64,000 nt of DNA from Podarcis tiliguerta (lineage: Eukaryota). The notes beneath the pieces are model-generated. The model was not told where the DNA came from. It was given only the letters and a program-made list of their open reading frames with translations, and did not search any database. The position numbers and the translations under genes were made by a program. Numbering within the stretch: the stretch's first letter is position 1; every line of letters begins with the position of its first letter. Shown in pieces: positions 1-12,861 of this stretch. The stretch lies in assembly GCA_965153285.1 (NCBI GenBank), contig OZ229116.1, one strand, 5' to 3'.

Positions 1-859
1 ATGCTACATTATTTTGCGAAAGCTTAATAACTAAATGGTTTTACTGTACTTTGATTCCAAACTTTGACACTGTTTATAGCTTTTATCCTTGCTTTCTCAC
101 AAATCAATTATTAAACGATCCTCTGAAGCTTCTGCACTATAGTCTAGCCAGCACCTTTTTATTTTCATTTGTATTTATGCTGCCAATGTTGTTGTGTGTA
201 CACACACAACTCTTTGGTAGGCAAAGAATCAGAAAAGCAGTTGAATTGGTGAAAATGTTTGGACTCATCCCAGAGAAATTTGAAAAGAATTGAATATTAA
301 TTAAAATATTTATAGATGAAAATCTATGCTTTCTTGTACAATGTTGACAGATAACATATACAGGGTGGCAGACCAAACCTCATGCCAGTTAAGCTAGGCA
401 GTTGGATCGTATTGCTGGCTTGAATGGAACTAGATCGGCTTAACTCCAACCACTTTGGCTTAATTGGGATGTGGAGTTGGCTGTGAAAGAACTAATATAT
501 GCTTGAACCACTCAGAGTACAGTTCCTGGCAAAGTTTCCTCTGTTAATTTGTATCCAAAACGACACCATTGTTTTGTACACATAAATCTGTTTTCTAAAG
601 TGTTTTTCACTTAATGCACACCGTATTAGTGGAATATTGTTTCATAAAGCCTCATATTGACCACTTCCATGTCTACGTTCTTTAGTGATGAGATTCTCTG
701 AGTGTATCTTAGTGTCAAATAATTGATTGTTGGGTAGCTAGGATGTGGCTGGATGACAGATGTAGAATTGCAATACTTCATAGTGATGGGAGAGGAAGGG
801 ACAATTATCTAAATGAATCCCCCCCCCCTTTTAAAAAAACCAAAATAATGTTAAAAGCA

Positions 860-1190
860 AATGGTCCTTTTGTAATGAAGCGGCTTCTTAATTATCAAAA
901 AAGGTAAGGTTGTTTAGCCGGCTTCATTAACAGGGCCCTAATTATCTGTAAACCTGATGGATTTGTGACAGGCTTAACGATTAATGCCGACAAATTCAGT
1001 GAGGTGTCNNNNNNNNNNNNNNNNNNNNNNNNNNNNNNNNNNNNNNNNNNNNNNNNNNNNNNNNNNNNNNNNNNNNNNNNNNNNNNNNNNNNNNNNNNNN
1101 NNNNNNNNNNNNNNNNNNNNNNNNNNNNNNNNNNNNNNNNNNNNNNNCTTAATGACCTCAGTAATCTTTGCTTTTAACTCTGCAATAAAA
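860..1190. promoter_or_regulatory. Candidate conserved non-coding element/enhancer around N-run 1
   Basis: Two TAATTA sites, TGATGGAT (PBX-HOX-like), TGACAG, GATTAAT and several retained CpGs in AT-rich unique DNA. Confidence 0.55.
1009..1147. other. N-run (139 bp) inside unique enhancer-like sequence
   Basis: Ns seen directly; flanks are non-repetitive and TAAT-rich; no AG/GT exon borders. Confidence 0.95.
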
Positions 1191-1708
1191 CTAAAACAGA
1201 AAAAAATCCCTTACTCTATAGTTTTTATTCCCATGCTGAAGACTCAAATGGCAACTGAACCTCCACTCGATGTGATATTGTTAGTGAAAGTCAAAGTGGC
1301 ATCTGCCCTAACCAATCTTAACCAAAAGTTTGAAAAAGTCATTGCTTTGATGGGTACATATTTTTGTTGTCATCCTTAAGCATGTAGCCATGTAGTTATA
1401 AGCAGTTGGAGATTTCTGCACCCCTCCCCCTTGTTTTTTTTAAAATAAAACAGTAACGTGGATGGATTTATATCCAGACATGTATGTGCATCTTTTGGGG
1501 GAAAAGCATACGTGGCAAACATTAGTTTCCTTAGTTCTATCATGATGGGAACAAGAAAAATTGATATGAGTGATGCTTGTTTCCACAGCTGAGCAGGGTA
1601 GTTGGTGGGCTGGAAGAGACCACACAAATACAGTCAATACCACGTTTAGCAGGACATTTAGTAATTGAATCCTTTGTTGGGAGTTGCAGCAGATGAAAAG
1701 ATACTTTA

Positions 1709-1842
1709 CAGTGCAGCCCTATGAATGTATACTTGCAAGTAAGTCCTGTTGAGTTCAATGGGGCTTACTGCCAGGTTACTTACCTGGAAGCAAGCTCCAC
1801 TGAAAATAGTACGTCCGAGTAAATATAAGTCGGATTGTACTA
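1709..1842. mobile_element. Hairpin MITE, PIF/Harbinger-like (about 1.5 units)
   Basis: CAGTGCAGCCCT...GGATTGTACTA termini, TTA on both sides, internal GTAAGTCC..TTCAATGGGGCTTAC palindrome. Confidence 0.6.
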
Positions 1843-2683
1843 TTAGCAGTCTTTTAAAGACAGACCTTACTATTTACTACATAGTTTATATTGAATATGT
1901 CACATAATCAGAATTTAGAAGGTGTGTGTGCGTGTGTGTGCATGTGTACATATGTATAGTGCTTGCCCCTCCTTTTACTCCCCCCCCCAGCTAATCTCTG
2001 TAGTTCCAAAGTGTTACGTAGCTCAGTTACTACGTTAATGCTAATAATCTAGAGAGATAAAACCCTCTCATTGTAAGATCTCCCAAGATATACTCTCTAA
2101 ACATGTAAGGCCTGGATAAACAATTTATCTTGGTGGCACAGCTATAATCGCTGCCCTCTCACCCTATACACACAGGTTGTAATCCCAATGGGAGGGTAGA
2201 CAGCATGTATTTACATGTGTTTCTTTGTTAGTATTTTGTCAGCTACTTAAGGAAGCAGTGTTCTCTTGAGCGGGACTGACCAAAAAAGCCCACCACACTG
2301 AATAGGTTATCACCACCTGCTTATTATTATTTATTCATATGAAACAATGAAAATATCATAAGGCAGTTTTAAAGGTAGGCAGAAATACCACTAAAAAAAT
2401 AAATATTGAATTGTAAGCATGTCTTTATTTTCTGCTCCGTGCATCCTTTTCAGCCTAACTGTTAGCAAACAATAGATAATTTCCTTTCATTGCTTATTTA
2501 TGTTAATATTATGATAATGTATTAGTTGTTTGGTATACTTTGAATTTAGTCAAAAAGAGAGAGAGATGACAGTGTCATTTTTGCTCTCAGTTCTAGCTGT
2601 CTTTTATACTGCAAGTGAATTTGTAATGATAGCTGTCTTAGATCAGTTGCCTATAGAGCTAAATTTGAGGGAAAGAGTAATTA

Positions 2684-2853
2684 CCGTATTTTTCCATCTA
2701 TAAGACGCCCCCATGTATAAGATGACCCCTGTTTTGGGGGACTCAGATTTAAGAAAATGGGGTGGGGGAGATGAATCCGTGTATAAGACGCTCCCTAATT
2801 TTTGACATTATTTTTTAGGGGAAAAACCTAGTCTTATACATGGAAAAATACGG
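2684..2853. mobile_element. Tc1/mariner (Tc2/pogo-like) MITE
   Basis: 24-bp TIR CCGTATTTTTCCAT(C/G)TATAAGAC(G/T) matching 22/24; TA TSD at 2682-2683 and 2854-2855. Confidence 0.9.
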
Positions 2854-4379
2854 TATTTTATATCCATTACACAGGCCAACATTCATGAATTGGTGGGCAG
2901 TGGAAGTTGATACTGCACAGTCTACGGAATTGGGAATTATTTTGCTTTGTACAATTGGAAAGACAAAGTAATTATTTTGTCTTAATGTAGAATACAGGAA
3001 CAAATTGGCTTTCAAATTGGTTATCTCTTTAAAATCTCTTTTTCCTAACCCTCCATTATCACTGAGGTATAGTGGAACATGCATTAATTTGCCTTTTGTG
3101 TTTAGTATTACTGTACTTTGAATTAACTTCAGATTTAACTTTAATGATTGATGCATGGATTCCAATGTGGTTTAGCGGCATGGTGCTGGAAAAGAGGGAA
3201 GGGAAGAGACAATGATGAAAGAAGGGAATGTGTCAGTTCACCATTTCCCTTAGAAAATTAAAAAACAATGATTCAAGTAACTAGATTTCTTATTCTGTGA
3301 ATTTCCACGTTTCGTAAAATTAGCTTTTTCGTCCAGAGTTGTATCCTGGCCTAGTAAGATGAGCTTCATAAACAGTACATGGTACATGGTTTCTATGGGC
3401 ATGCTTCACATATCTTCAGCCTTGTGACTTGCCTTTGCAATCTTAATTATGAATAAGCAGTGCTTTGCCTGAGGTTAGTATGTATTTGATAGTGGGGTAG
3501 ACAGTCTCTTTGCATTCTTAAAAATGTTGTGAATAGTGATGGGGCTGGTTTAAATCTAGAGTTCCACACCTATCTCTACTAACAGTACAAATTAAACATA
3601 CCAAATTAAGTTAAAATGCTCCAGTAAATAGATACATTATATATTCAATATATAAGAAAGCAGTTAAAACCCACTGCCTTATTCCTGAAGTTTTTGGCAG
3701 AAATATCTCCCTGACTTTCGGCTGGCATTTATTTGTTTTTTTGTAATCTGTTTTGTAATGTATATGTACAGTGTGCGTGTGTGTTCATTTTGATTTTTGG
3801 TTGAAAATGACCTAGTGTATTTTCAAGCCTCAGAGATGAAGTTGTAAATTTCATTTTAATAGTGTAGCTGGCATTCACCTTTTTAAAAACTTGTTTTTTT
3901 ATGAGTAAAGGTTTATATTTTTCTGGTCCTATAAAAAATTGCCACCTGTCAGCTTGAAACCTAAGGAAAAGCAAAGCAAATAATTTTTTAATTACAAGTC
4001 TCACGCTGGACATTCTGACTATAGGGGAGTTGTCACTCAAGAAACATACTGATGATGTTGAAGGTGAAAGGACCTTAACTCGAAAAGGGGAGAAGTACGT
4101 GTTTAGAAAAAGGCACCCAACTAAAACTGTAAACACTAAACATTGACATTTTATACTTACAGATGCCGTACAGTTCGTAGTAAAAATTAAAAGGCAACCT
4201 TAACCAAATTTACTTGGCAAGAGGTTGCTAGTGCAAGATTCAAAAGAGGTGTCTCTTGTAAGTCACAAGCTACAGTTTCTAGCCAATTGTTTTATTTGTA
4301 GGTATTTCAGGATACCTTATATCTTTCTTTGCCTCTTCTCACTTTTGCAATCTAAACATAATACCTTGACTTTATGTTC

Positions 4380-5030
4380 AAGATGGGAAAGATTGCTGAA
4401 TCAAAAATGGGTCAGATATTACAGAGGGATTAGCTTCTACCAAAACCAGGTTTCAAACAAAAGCCCGGACAATTTAGCTAGATTAGAGNNNNNNNNNNNN
4501 NNNNNNNNNNNNNNNNNNNNNNNNNNNNNNNNNNNNNNNNNNNNNNNNNNNNNNNNNNNNNNNNNNNNNNNNNNNNNNNNNNNNNNNNNNNNNNNNNNNN
4601 NNNNNNNNNNNNNNNNNNNNNNNNNNNNNNNNNNNNNNNNNNNNNNNNNNNNNNNNNNNNNNNNNNNNNNNNNNNNNNNNNNNNNNNNNNNNNNNNNNNN
4701 NNNNNNNNNNNNNNNNNNNNNNNNNNNNNNNNNNNNNNNNNNNNNNNNNNNNNNNNNNNNNNNNNNNNNNNNNNNNNNNNNNNNNNNNNNNNNNNNNNNN
4801 NNNNNNNNNNNNNNNNNNNNNNNNNNNNNNNNNNNNNNNNNNNNNNNNNNNNNNNNNNNNNNNNNNNNNNNNNNNNNNNNNNNNNNNNNNNNNNNNNNNN
4901 NNNNNNNNNNNNNNNNNNNNNNNNNNNNNNNNGCTCCACTTAGTCAAAGGGCAGGAACTGCACCTGACTGTTCTCAGAGTTGAGTGTCTACCTCTGTTGC
5001 TTCCTTCACTGAGTTGGTTCCTGTCCTTTT
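4380..5030. promoter_or_regulatory. Candidate conserved non-coding element around N-run 2
   Basis: Unique flanks with GGATTA and TCAAAG motifs; no repeat signature. Confidence 0.5.
4489..4932. other. N-run (444 bp) inside unique sequence
   Basis: Ns seen directly; end fixed using ORF-track frames. Confidence 0.95.
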
Positions 5031-6040
5031 TTCTTCCTTAATACGTGCCTGCTATATATATATAGGAAATATATATACACACACACATGAAACTGGAGCT
5101 CAAGCAAAATGCTTCAAGTAGACATTGATTAAAAATAATTAGATAGAACTGTTAATGGTAGATGCAATTGTCAATATATTTATTAAACATATAATATGCA
5201 CATATTCTATTTATCTCTGATACACCATGCAGTAAAAAAAGGTGTACATTAGTAACACATAATTTCACCGGGTACTGTTATACATTGTTAAGCTACCTGC
5301 AGGCTTTCGTTGACTATGCACTCTCCTATCTTCTCCTGTGGCTGTAGTATCATATATAATAATTCAGTTTTATAGAATTGAACAATAAGTTAATCAGATC
5401 ACTCTTATGAAAACTAAAGCACATGTCGATAAGCTCCAATAAATGAGAACACGTAATGTCAAGGATGCAGACGCCTGAAATGCAAATATAGTTCAGATTA
5501 TGGAATGCACAGAATTAAAAGGCATACTATATGTGGACAGCAGAAAACAGGTAATTTTTGTGTGCACTTTTATCAACAGTGTTGATAAAGGATGCCCTTA
5601 CAAAAAAATAAAAGTCCTGGCATATTTTTCACTCTGAAAGGTATTTATTTATTAAACTGATAACATTTTGAAAAGCAATGAATATAATTTTTAGGACAAC
5701 AGTTTGCTGGAGCGATAACACGTCTTGGATTGTATACAGCTTCGAATGATCATTTGTCCTTGAGACACACTAAGCGCTATTGTTATGGCATCTGTTAGGT
5801 GGAAGTAAAGGTTAAATCTTTTAAGTTGCACAGGACCTTCTTTTTCTTTCTAACTATAGTCTTTCCCACAGTATTTGTTATATATATATGGTAAGGGGAG
5901 CAACCACAATAATGCATCCTGGAACTCCCCATTGAATTTTCCTAAAGAATTGTTGCTCTTAGGAAGGAAAAACGCTTATTAATGGACTGTGCTCTAAAGG
6001 CAGTCTCTTATGTTGTAAGAGCAATAAATACCACCCCTAA

Positions 6041-6130
6041 GGTTGCAGTCCTAAACCCACTTACCTGAGAGAAAATCCAAATGAACTAAAATGGGGCTTA
6101 CTTTTGAGTAGCAAGTAGAGGCTTGCACTG
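6041..6130. mobile_element. 90-bp hairpin MITE, PIF/Harbinger-like
   Basis: GGTTGCAGTCCT...AGGCTTGCACTG ends; TAA TSD at 6038-6040 and 6131-6133. Confidence 0.7.
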
Positions 6131-7307
6131 TAAGAAAACAGTGTTGCATATTCATTTGGTACATAGACATTTTTATTATTTTATGTATGCCAACTGTGTA
6201 ATATATAGGTATATAATTATGTTTGAGAGTATCCCTGGGCATTTTTCTGATGTGCCAATTGAAGTAATAAAGTTCTAGTGCTAAGAAAACCAATATTTGT
6301 AAAGAAGATGCACATAATCTTTGTACAGACTTATGAAATTCAGTTTGCTGCAATTTGTCAGCGCAAAGACAAAATCTGGGGCTGCCTATTGGTTCCTATA
6401 AACACAAGACTAGAGATATTAATCATTTCTCACAACAGACTTTTCCAGCATAAACGCAATTCTGCTACCACTTGAAAGTCTGATTTGGAGTGACATTTTA
6501 CATCAATATATTTTACAAATTTTAGAGGAGGGGCAGGGTAAACATGGAATGAATGAATGATTGAATCAATCGATGTGATATACAGTATAGAAAATGGTGT
6601 ATATATCAAATAGATCCTATTGGGTGTATATCTGCTTTTTTAATTGAATATGCATTGTCACTATTTCATATTTAAAAATCAAACCCATTTGAAAAGTAGA
6701 ATTGAATCAGGGCTACTTTGAAGAATATAGGCAGCCTTACATAATTAACGCCAACTTACTTATCTTTCTGATCTCAGTCCTGGGGTTTAGGTGGCATTTG
6801 CCAGTAGAGCATCTCCTTGGGCCTTATGCTCAGTGAGGGGTCACAGTAGCTGAACTGAGCATTCATCCTAAAGTAGTTTGCATGTAGTTTACACTGAGTT
6901 CCATTTAACTAATACAAAGTGTTAATGCGGAATCATTAGAATAAACAGGAAATTCGCTATTGAAGTAAATGACTAAGATCATATTGGCTTTAGTGCATTT
7001 GGATACTACACCACTGATTTCATCATTTTGAATAGCACAATCACAAGACAGCCACAAAATCTGGTATATTTCCCTTGCTTTCTGTGACTGGTCTGTTAGC
7101 CAGTAACCTTTTAGACACGTTTTAAAAAGTGTAATCTTTTTGTCATCTGCACATGCTGTTCTTTAGTTATATACTTGCAATATTGGGCAGTTGTTTTGGG
7201 AGCCATTTTCTCTGCTTGCATGTATGGGAAATTCATGTATGAAAACGGCTTATTTTTTCATTGGAGTTAGGATAGGAAAACAATAGTTTCGGATGTGATT
7301 TGATTTA

Positions 7308-7371
7308 TAGCCTAATCCTTTGCATGTTTAGTGGGCCTTTCTCCCATGTAAGTGTGCATAGGATTGCAGCG
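7308..7371. mobile_element. Internally deleted hairpin MITE of the same family
   Basis: AATCCTTTGCATG...TGCATAGGATTGCAGC inverted ends. Confidence 0.55.
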
Positions 7372-8267
7372 CTAGTTACTACTTTTCTGTTTCTCTTTGA
7401 ATTATGAATCGCTGTATCATTGATGTTGGAGCAGGATTTCTCTGTGGTGATTGCAGTGCATATTTCAGGAAGAAAAGCCCCGTGAACCTAAAATTCACAG
7501 TATCATTGTATTAATTTTCATTTGTACAATGTGTCCATTTGAAATAACTTTTTGGTCTTGGTGATCTGTGCAATTCTTTTGTTTCAAGGAGATTTGCGCT
7601 TTTGTCTTAATGATTACGTAGCGATCTAGTAATGCCAAGCATGGGTGCTATTTTAAGTTGTTTATCATCTAATTACATATTAAAAGCACAAATTGTGTAT
7701 GATGCTAGGGGGCACACTGTGGTAAGATGCAAAGAATCACATTAGACAGTTGTGTTGGTTTCATTATGGCCTAGGACATAGCATCATGAAGAGTCCAGTA
7801 ATGCCTACTGTTTATTTCACTAGATTTCTGATCAAAGCCTTGTCTTAGAGAATAATATTTCCATTGTAAGATATATTGCATGAAACCCCTGAAGATAAAA
7901 GGAAATACTTTTTAAATCAGGTATAAAATTGACCTATCATAGCCAGATAAATAATAAAAAGTATGAATTTTTGAGGCATTTGATTGCGGATACAGATACA
8001 TAACTTCGTAAGGATAAAAATTAAAAAGGTGAGCAAGAAGGGAATTAATTGTATTTGCAACAATGGTTAATATGCATTACTGGCAAATTATCAACATATT
8101 TAATTGATATTATTGCTGCAAGTAAACTTTCAAATATAGGTATTTTTTAAAACTAGCAGTTATTACATAGTATTCAAAATGTGTTCTAAAAGTACTAATC
8201 CAGTAAGCCACCGCTGTAATGTTGTCTGGTGTGAGGCTATTATGCTTCAGTTCCCAATTACGTAGAA

Positions 8268-8328
8268 CAGGGATGGGGAACCTGTGGCCCTACAAATATT
8301 GTTAAACTCCAATTCCCACCAGTCTCAG
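8268..8328. mobile_element. hAT-Charlie-like MITE half
   Basis: CAGGGATGGGGAACCTGTGGCCCT terminus; related to 25200 and 33855 copies. Confidence 0.55.
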
Positions 8329-9166
8329 TTAAAGTGCAGAAACATATGGAAAGCCACTTGCTCCCCTTTTCTGATAACAGAACAAACTGTAAAAAAAAAT
8401 AACTGCTCCAACTTCCAACTGTATCTTCCTTTAACATGATATAACTGTTTCCCAAGAACAGTCATATGGGAAAGTTCTTAATCAGTAATAATCAATAGCT
8501 TAGGTGAAGCACTGAATTGGGAGAATTAATATTTTTATTTTTATTTTTAAATTAAGCCAAGGCACACCTACAGAATAACTAGTGATATTTTACAAATATA
8601 ACGTTGTGTACTACTATTATAAATGCTGAAGTTTTAAAAATTCTCTCCTACCTCCACAGGTGATCAAACTGAAAATAGAAAAAACCACATACCCATGATG
8701 TTAATGATACATGGGAGATGATGTTATCCTTGCGAAGTTGGGCGTTTTAAAAAGAAAAAGCAGGAAGGTTTGAACACAATTAATACAAGTAGTGTTAATT
8801 GGATTTTAAACTATCTGGCCTTGCTGTAGGGTTAGGGTAGTATCTCCCCCAGGAACAAGGTAGTAACATTTTTAGCAGGTGTGCACATGTGTAAAATGGT
8901 GGTGAAAATCAATAAGGAAATACAAGTATTGTCAGGTATTTTTTATGGATTTTCATGGAAGAACTCATGCCCTGCCTGCTTTTAGTAGTATTGAACAATG
9001 ATGTTCTGTAAGGAACATGGCTGGACTTCATTACTGCTAAGTATGTATATTTTATAATGGCCCTGTTATTATTATAAAGGGTACATTGCTCTGTGGTCCA
9101 GGTTGCTGACACTGGGTGTCATCTAATGCCAGCTTATGCGCTGGAAATCTGCTTGTGCAATAGGAC

Positions 9167-9517
9167 CAGACCCTCCAAGTGTCCCTATTTTCCAGTAATG
9201 TTCCTGATTTATAGACGCTACCCCAGTTTCTGATCGGATCCCGGAATGTCCCACTTTTCCTTAGGATGTCCCCATTTTCATTGGAGAAATGTTGGAGGGT
9301 ATGGAGATATGCAACCCCTAAGCCATCTGAAGGCAATCCTGTGTAGGGAAGTTTTTTTTTAAAAAATTAATACATGTTTTATTATGTTTTTTATATTTGT
9401 GGGGAGCTGCCCAGAGTGGCTGGGGCAACCCAGTAAGATGTGTGGGGTATAAATAGTAAAATTATCACTATGGAATGGGACGTCACTATTTTCATTAGAT
9501 AAATGTTGGAGGGTATG
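9167..9517. mobile_element. Non-autonomous TIR DNA transposon with duplicated right end and an internal LINE-tail-like segment
   Basis: TIR CAGACCCTCCAA / TTGGAGGGTATG; right end repeated at about 9273-9303; flanks TAGGAC/CAGGAC. Confidence 0.75.
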
Positions 9518-10743
9518 CAGGACCCTCTAGAGCAGATTTTGGAGGTGAGAAGGGGCTGCAAATGAGAGGGGAGAAAGGAGATATCATGTTGTATGAGCAG
9601 ATGTCCCCTCACCTTACACTGGATCTCACCCGTTGCCATGTAGTTATTTGTTTTTCTCATATTGTTGGACTGAACCAAATGCATTCCTTGGCTCATTTCA
9701 GACATCTCACCAAACCGTAGTAAAGAATTCACAAACTGTTTTGATTTTTCTACCTTCCTCCAGAGACTACTGTACGAAGGGACAGTGCAGTTCAGAGAGG
9801 CTAGAGGAAGAAATTGGTTTGAGTTTTAAACTTTTGCTAACACAAGGGCTTGTTTGACATAATGTCTGAATGGAGCCATAGACTTTGATTGTTGAATAAA
9901 AGAATAGATGTGGAAGGAAAGTGCTGCAAATTAGGCAAGAGAAGTTAACTCAGGTTAAACATTTCATCTTTCTTTAGCTTTCGTCTCCTCCATTTGCACC
10001 TGGTGAAAATTATAGTGCAAGAGGATCTGAACCAGGAACATTGGCCTTCAGAATATACAGAATACCTTTCTTCTGCACAAAAACTCATTATGAAATTCCA
10101 GTCTTTGAAAAGTAAAAGTGGACATCAATTATTTTGGCAAGTTGTAAAAGTCTTGAGGCAAAAGCAGCTGAAAGCAAGAAGTCCAAGAGTTATTAAGCCA
10201 GGAACAGGAAATATACTAACCAATTGACAAACAGGGCCTATAACTTTTATATTTCAAGTACTGTACTCTTCTCACATTGCAAGTATTTATATCAAACGTC
10301 TCTAGCCAAATCCTAGGCCGGAAGGTACCGTTGACGCACCTCTCTCAAATTGGAAAGAGACAGGATAAAAATAAACGAACATAAGTGAAATAAATTATTT
10401 AACTGTGTGCAGGATCACATCCTTATGGTATTGGTGCTTAAAGGAGGTTATGAGTGTCACAAGTTTTGTGTCTGAGGCGTCAATTCTGTTTCTTAAAAAT
10501 ATTCCAACTGCCTTTCCTCCCCAAATCTCTGGTTTTGTAGCTGGAGGCCCTGATGCTCTCTGTGTTGCTGTCACTGTATATGCTGTGAAGGCAGTAAAAA
10601 TGAGCACTAATCAATCTTTCAGAGCCAAGCAATGAGCATTAGGAGGCCACTATCCTGTGACTAAACACACCCCTTTTATGGAGTGTTGGTGCTAATAAAG
10701 GACAGCTTATTACTGAGGCAGAGACCAAAGCTTGGGTGAGGTC

Positions 10744-10875
10744 NNNNNNNNNNNNNNNNNNNNNNNNNNNNNNNNNNNNNNNNNNNNNNNNNNNNNNNNN
10801 NNNNNNNNNNNNNNNNNNNNNNNNNNNNNNNNNNNNNNNNNNNNNNNNNNNNNNNNNNNNNNNNNNNNNNNNNNN
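10744..10875. other. N-run (132 bp)
   Basis: Ns seen directly; unique flanks. Confidence 0.95.
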
Positions 10876-11164
10876 GTCTTTGGTTTAAACTTGTACTTAA
10901 AAAGTGGGGGGAATCGTTTTTTTTCAAGTAGACAAACAAACAAACAAACAAGCACAAAAAGCCCAATAGATCCCCCCCCCCTGTTGTGTTTTCTTTCACT
11001 GTTAAAAGATGTTTTACACACTGGAGTGCTTGTGCATTATAAAGAACTACATAAATTTATTTTTTATGACGTCTGTCTTCTTTAATTATTACCTTTGATG
11101 TCTATTGGTGACTAAAGAGAGCTTAACAGGATTTCTCTCCCTTCTTAAATTTCGCAAAGTGAAA

Positions 11165-11304
11165 NNNNNNNNNNNNNNNNNNNNNNNNNNNNNNNNNNNN
11201 NNNNNNNNNNNNNNNNNNNNNNNNNNNNNNNNNNNNNNNNNNNNNNNNNNNNNNNNNNNNNNNNNNNNNNNNNNNNNNNNNNNNNNNNNNNNNNNNNNNN
11301 NNNN
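11165..11304. other. N-run (140 bp)
   Basis: Ns seen directly; unique flanks. Confidence 0.95.
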
Positions 11305-12861
11305 ATAAACATTCTGCACTCACTCTGAATTTTTTATGGTTTGGAAAATATATTTTGGTAAGAAGGTAGAAAAGTTTCAACCATTAGCTTGTGTGCATTT
11401 TTAGAAATGCATCATTTTGTTTTGTTCCTCGTACTCCTTCCTAATTTGATTTCAAGCATTCAAAGATAATGACTGTGCTTCAGTTAAAACACGTCACTAG
11501 GACTTTTGGTTTATTTATGCACCTTTAAAAATGCGACAATTGTACTGCGTTTCTATTTTTGTGTTTATTTAATTAATTTACATCTAATCACCCATTGTAG
11601 TATATCTTGGTTTGAAGGCTGTGAAGGCAGTGTGAATTTAGACAACAGCTGTCTCCCCCCTTTCCCCTTTTTATTAAAGCAAGCTTACTTTTTCTGAGAT
11701 TTTAACTTCTGATACAAGTGTTAGTTTATTTTTACTTCTTAAAGCTGAGGTAAGCTGAAATCAACACCTTCTGGTTTCTTCTGTCAGTTCTGTATCACCA
11801 CATATGGGGAAAACATGGTGTGTTGTGCATAAAATACAAAAGTTGTACTGATTTTTGTCTCAGACACACTCTTAAAGCTTTGACTTGCAACATTCAGTGT
11901 TTCATGGATGATGGAGGTTTAGACAACTTCTTTTCAGTGTTTAGTGTTGTAAAATAAGCTGTCTATTGCACAAGCTTATGAATTTGTAAACCACTTTGTG
12001 AGTGAAAGGTGGGTAGAAATGCATTAAATAAACAAAAGTACAGCACCTGGCATGTTGGTAACGATACATACAGCTTATTATGAATAAACAAAAATTGTTT
12101 GATAAAACATAATAAAAAGTAAGATTTCTGTTTGTGCTCAGACAGTTTAAAATGCACAAGTGGAAATAGTTTCCTTTTATATTCTGTGTGCAGTGGTTCC
12201 TTCTTGGTATGTAATCCCATTCATTTTTAAACCCATAAAATAAAAACCTTTTTTTATTTTGTCCCATAGTTGCCCAGCGAGTGAGATGCTTTTGGTAATT
12301 CTACCAGTAAACGGATTTCTGGTGTTGGTTGGAAAATATGTGCAGCTTTCATAAACAATAGAAAATACAATCAAATAGTGCTGTACCTATGATAAGAAGT
12401 GGTCCTTGTTGAAGCTTTATTCAAGAAAGCACTTAAAGATGAGGGTGTTTATGTATTTAAATTTAAGAATATGCCTTAAGTGCTTTCCTGAATTTGGGCC
12501 AATGTGCCTGATGCTTCCTCCTGTTTGAGACCAGATGTCATAAGAAAGAAATCAGGCCTCATCATGGCCCTGATTCTTTTGCTTATTGCATACAGTCCTC
12601 ACTTGTTAAGTGTTTCTGTCTTTACATATGCAGGTTAGTAGAACAGCTTACGTTAGGAATGATGGGCCAGAAACCAAAGCAAAATGCCCCTTTAATAAGA
12701 GCCTGGACATTTGCGTAGCACTTATTCTCTAGTAAATGAGTTTTGCTCAGGGTAATGCCTTCTGTTCCTATACCATAGTAGGGAGAGGTTGCAGTTGCCA
12801 CGTCGTGTAATTCCACAACCCTTTAGTTGACACTTAGATATGAGCTTGCAGCTGCCTAGGT

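Larger units (their letters stand above)
10400..11340. promoter_or_regulatory. Candidate conserved enhancer cluster around N-runs 3 and 4
   Basis: TTTTATGG twice, TTTTATGAC (posterior HOX/CDX), CCTTTGATG (TCF/LEF), TAATCAAT and TAATTA motifs. Confidence 0.55.

Noticed and set aside
4225-4983. Long ORFs spanning N-runs (also near 965-1379, 10676-11380, 17482-17757 and 57756-58339)
   Set aside because: Their length comes from X codons; the flanking peptides are unrecognisable.
8641-8770. Strong splice acceptor at 8659
   Set aside because: All three downstream frames hit stops before a plausible donor; at most non-coding.
9978-10227. Possible exon or 77-aa ORF after TTTCTTTAG
   Set aside because: No recognisable homology and no convincing in-frame donor.
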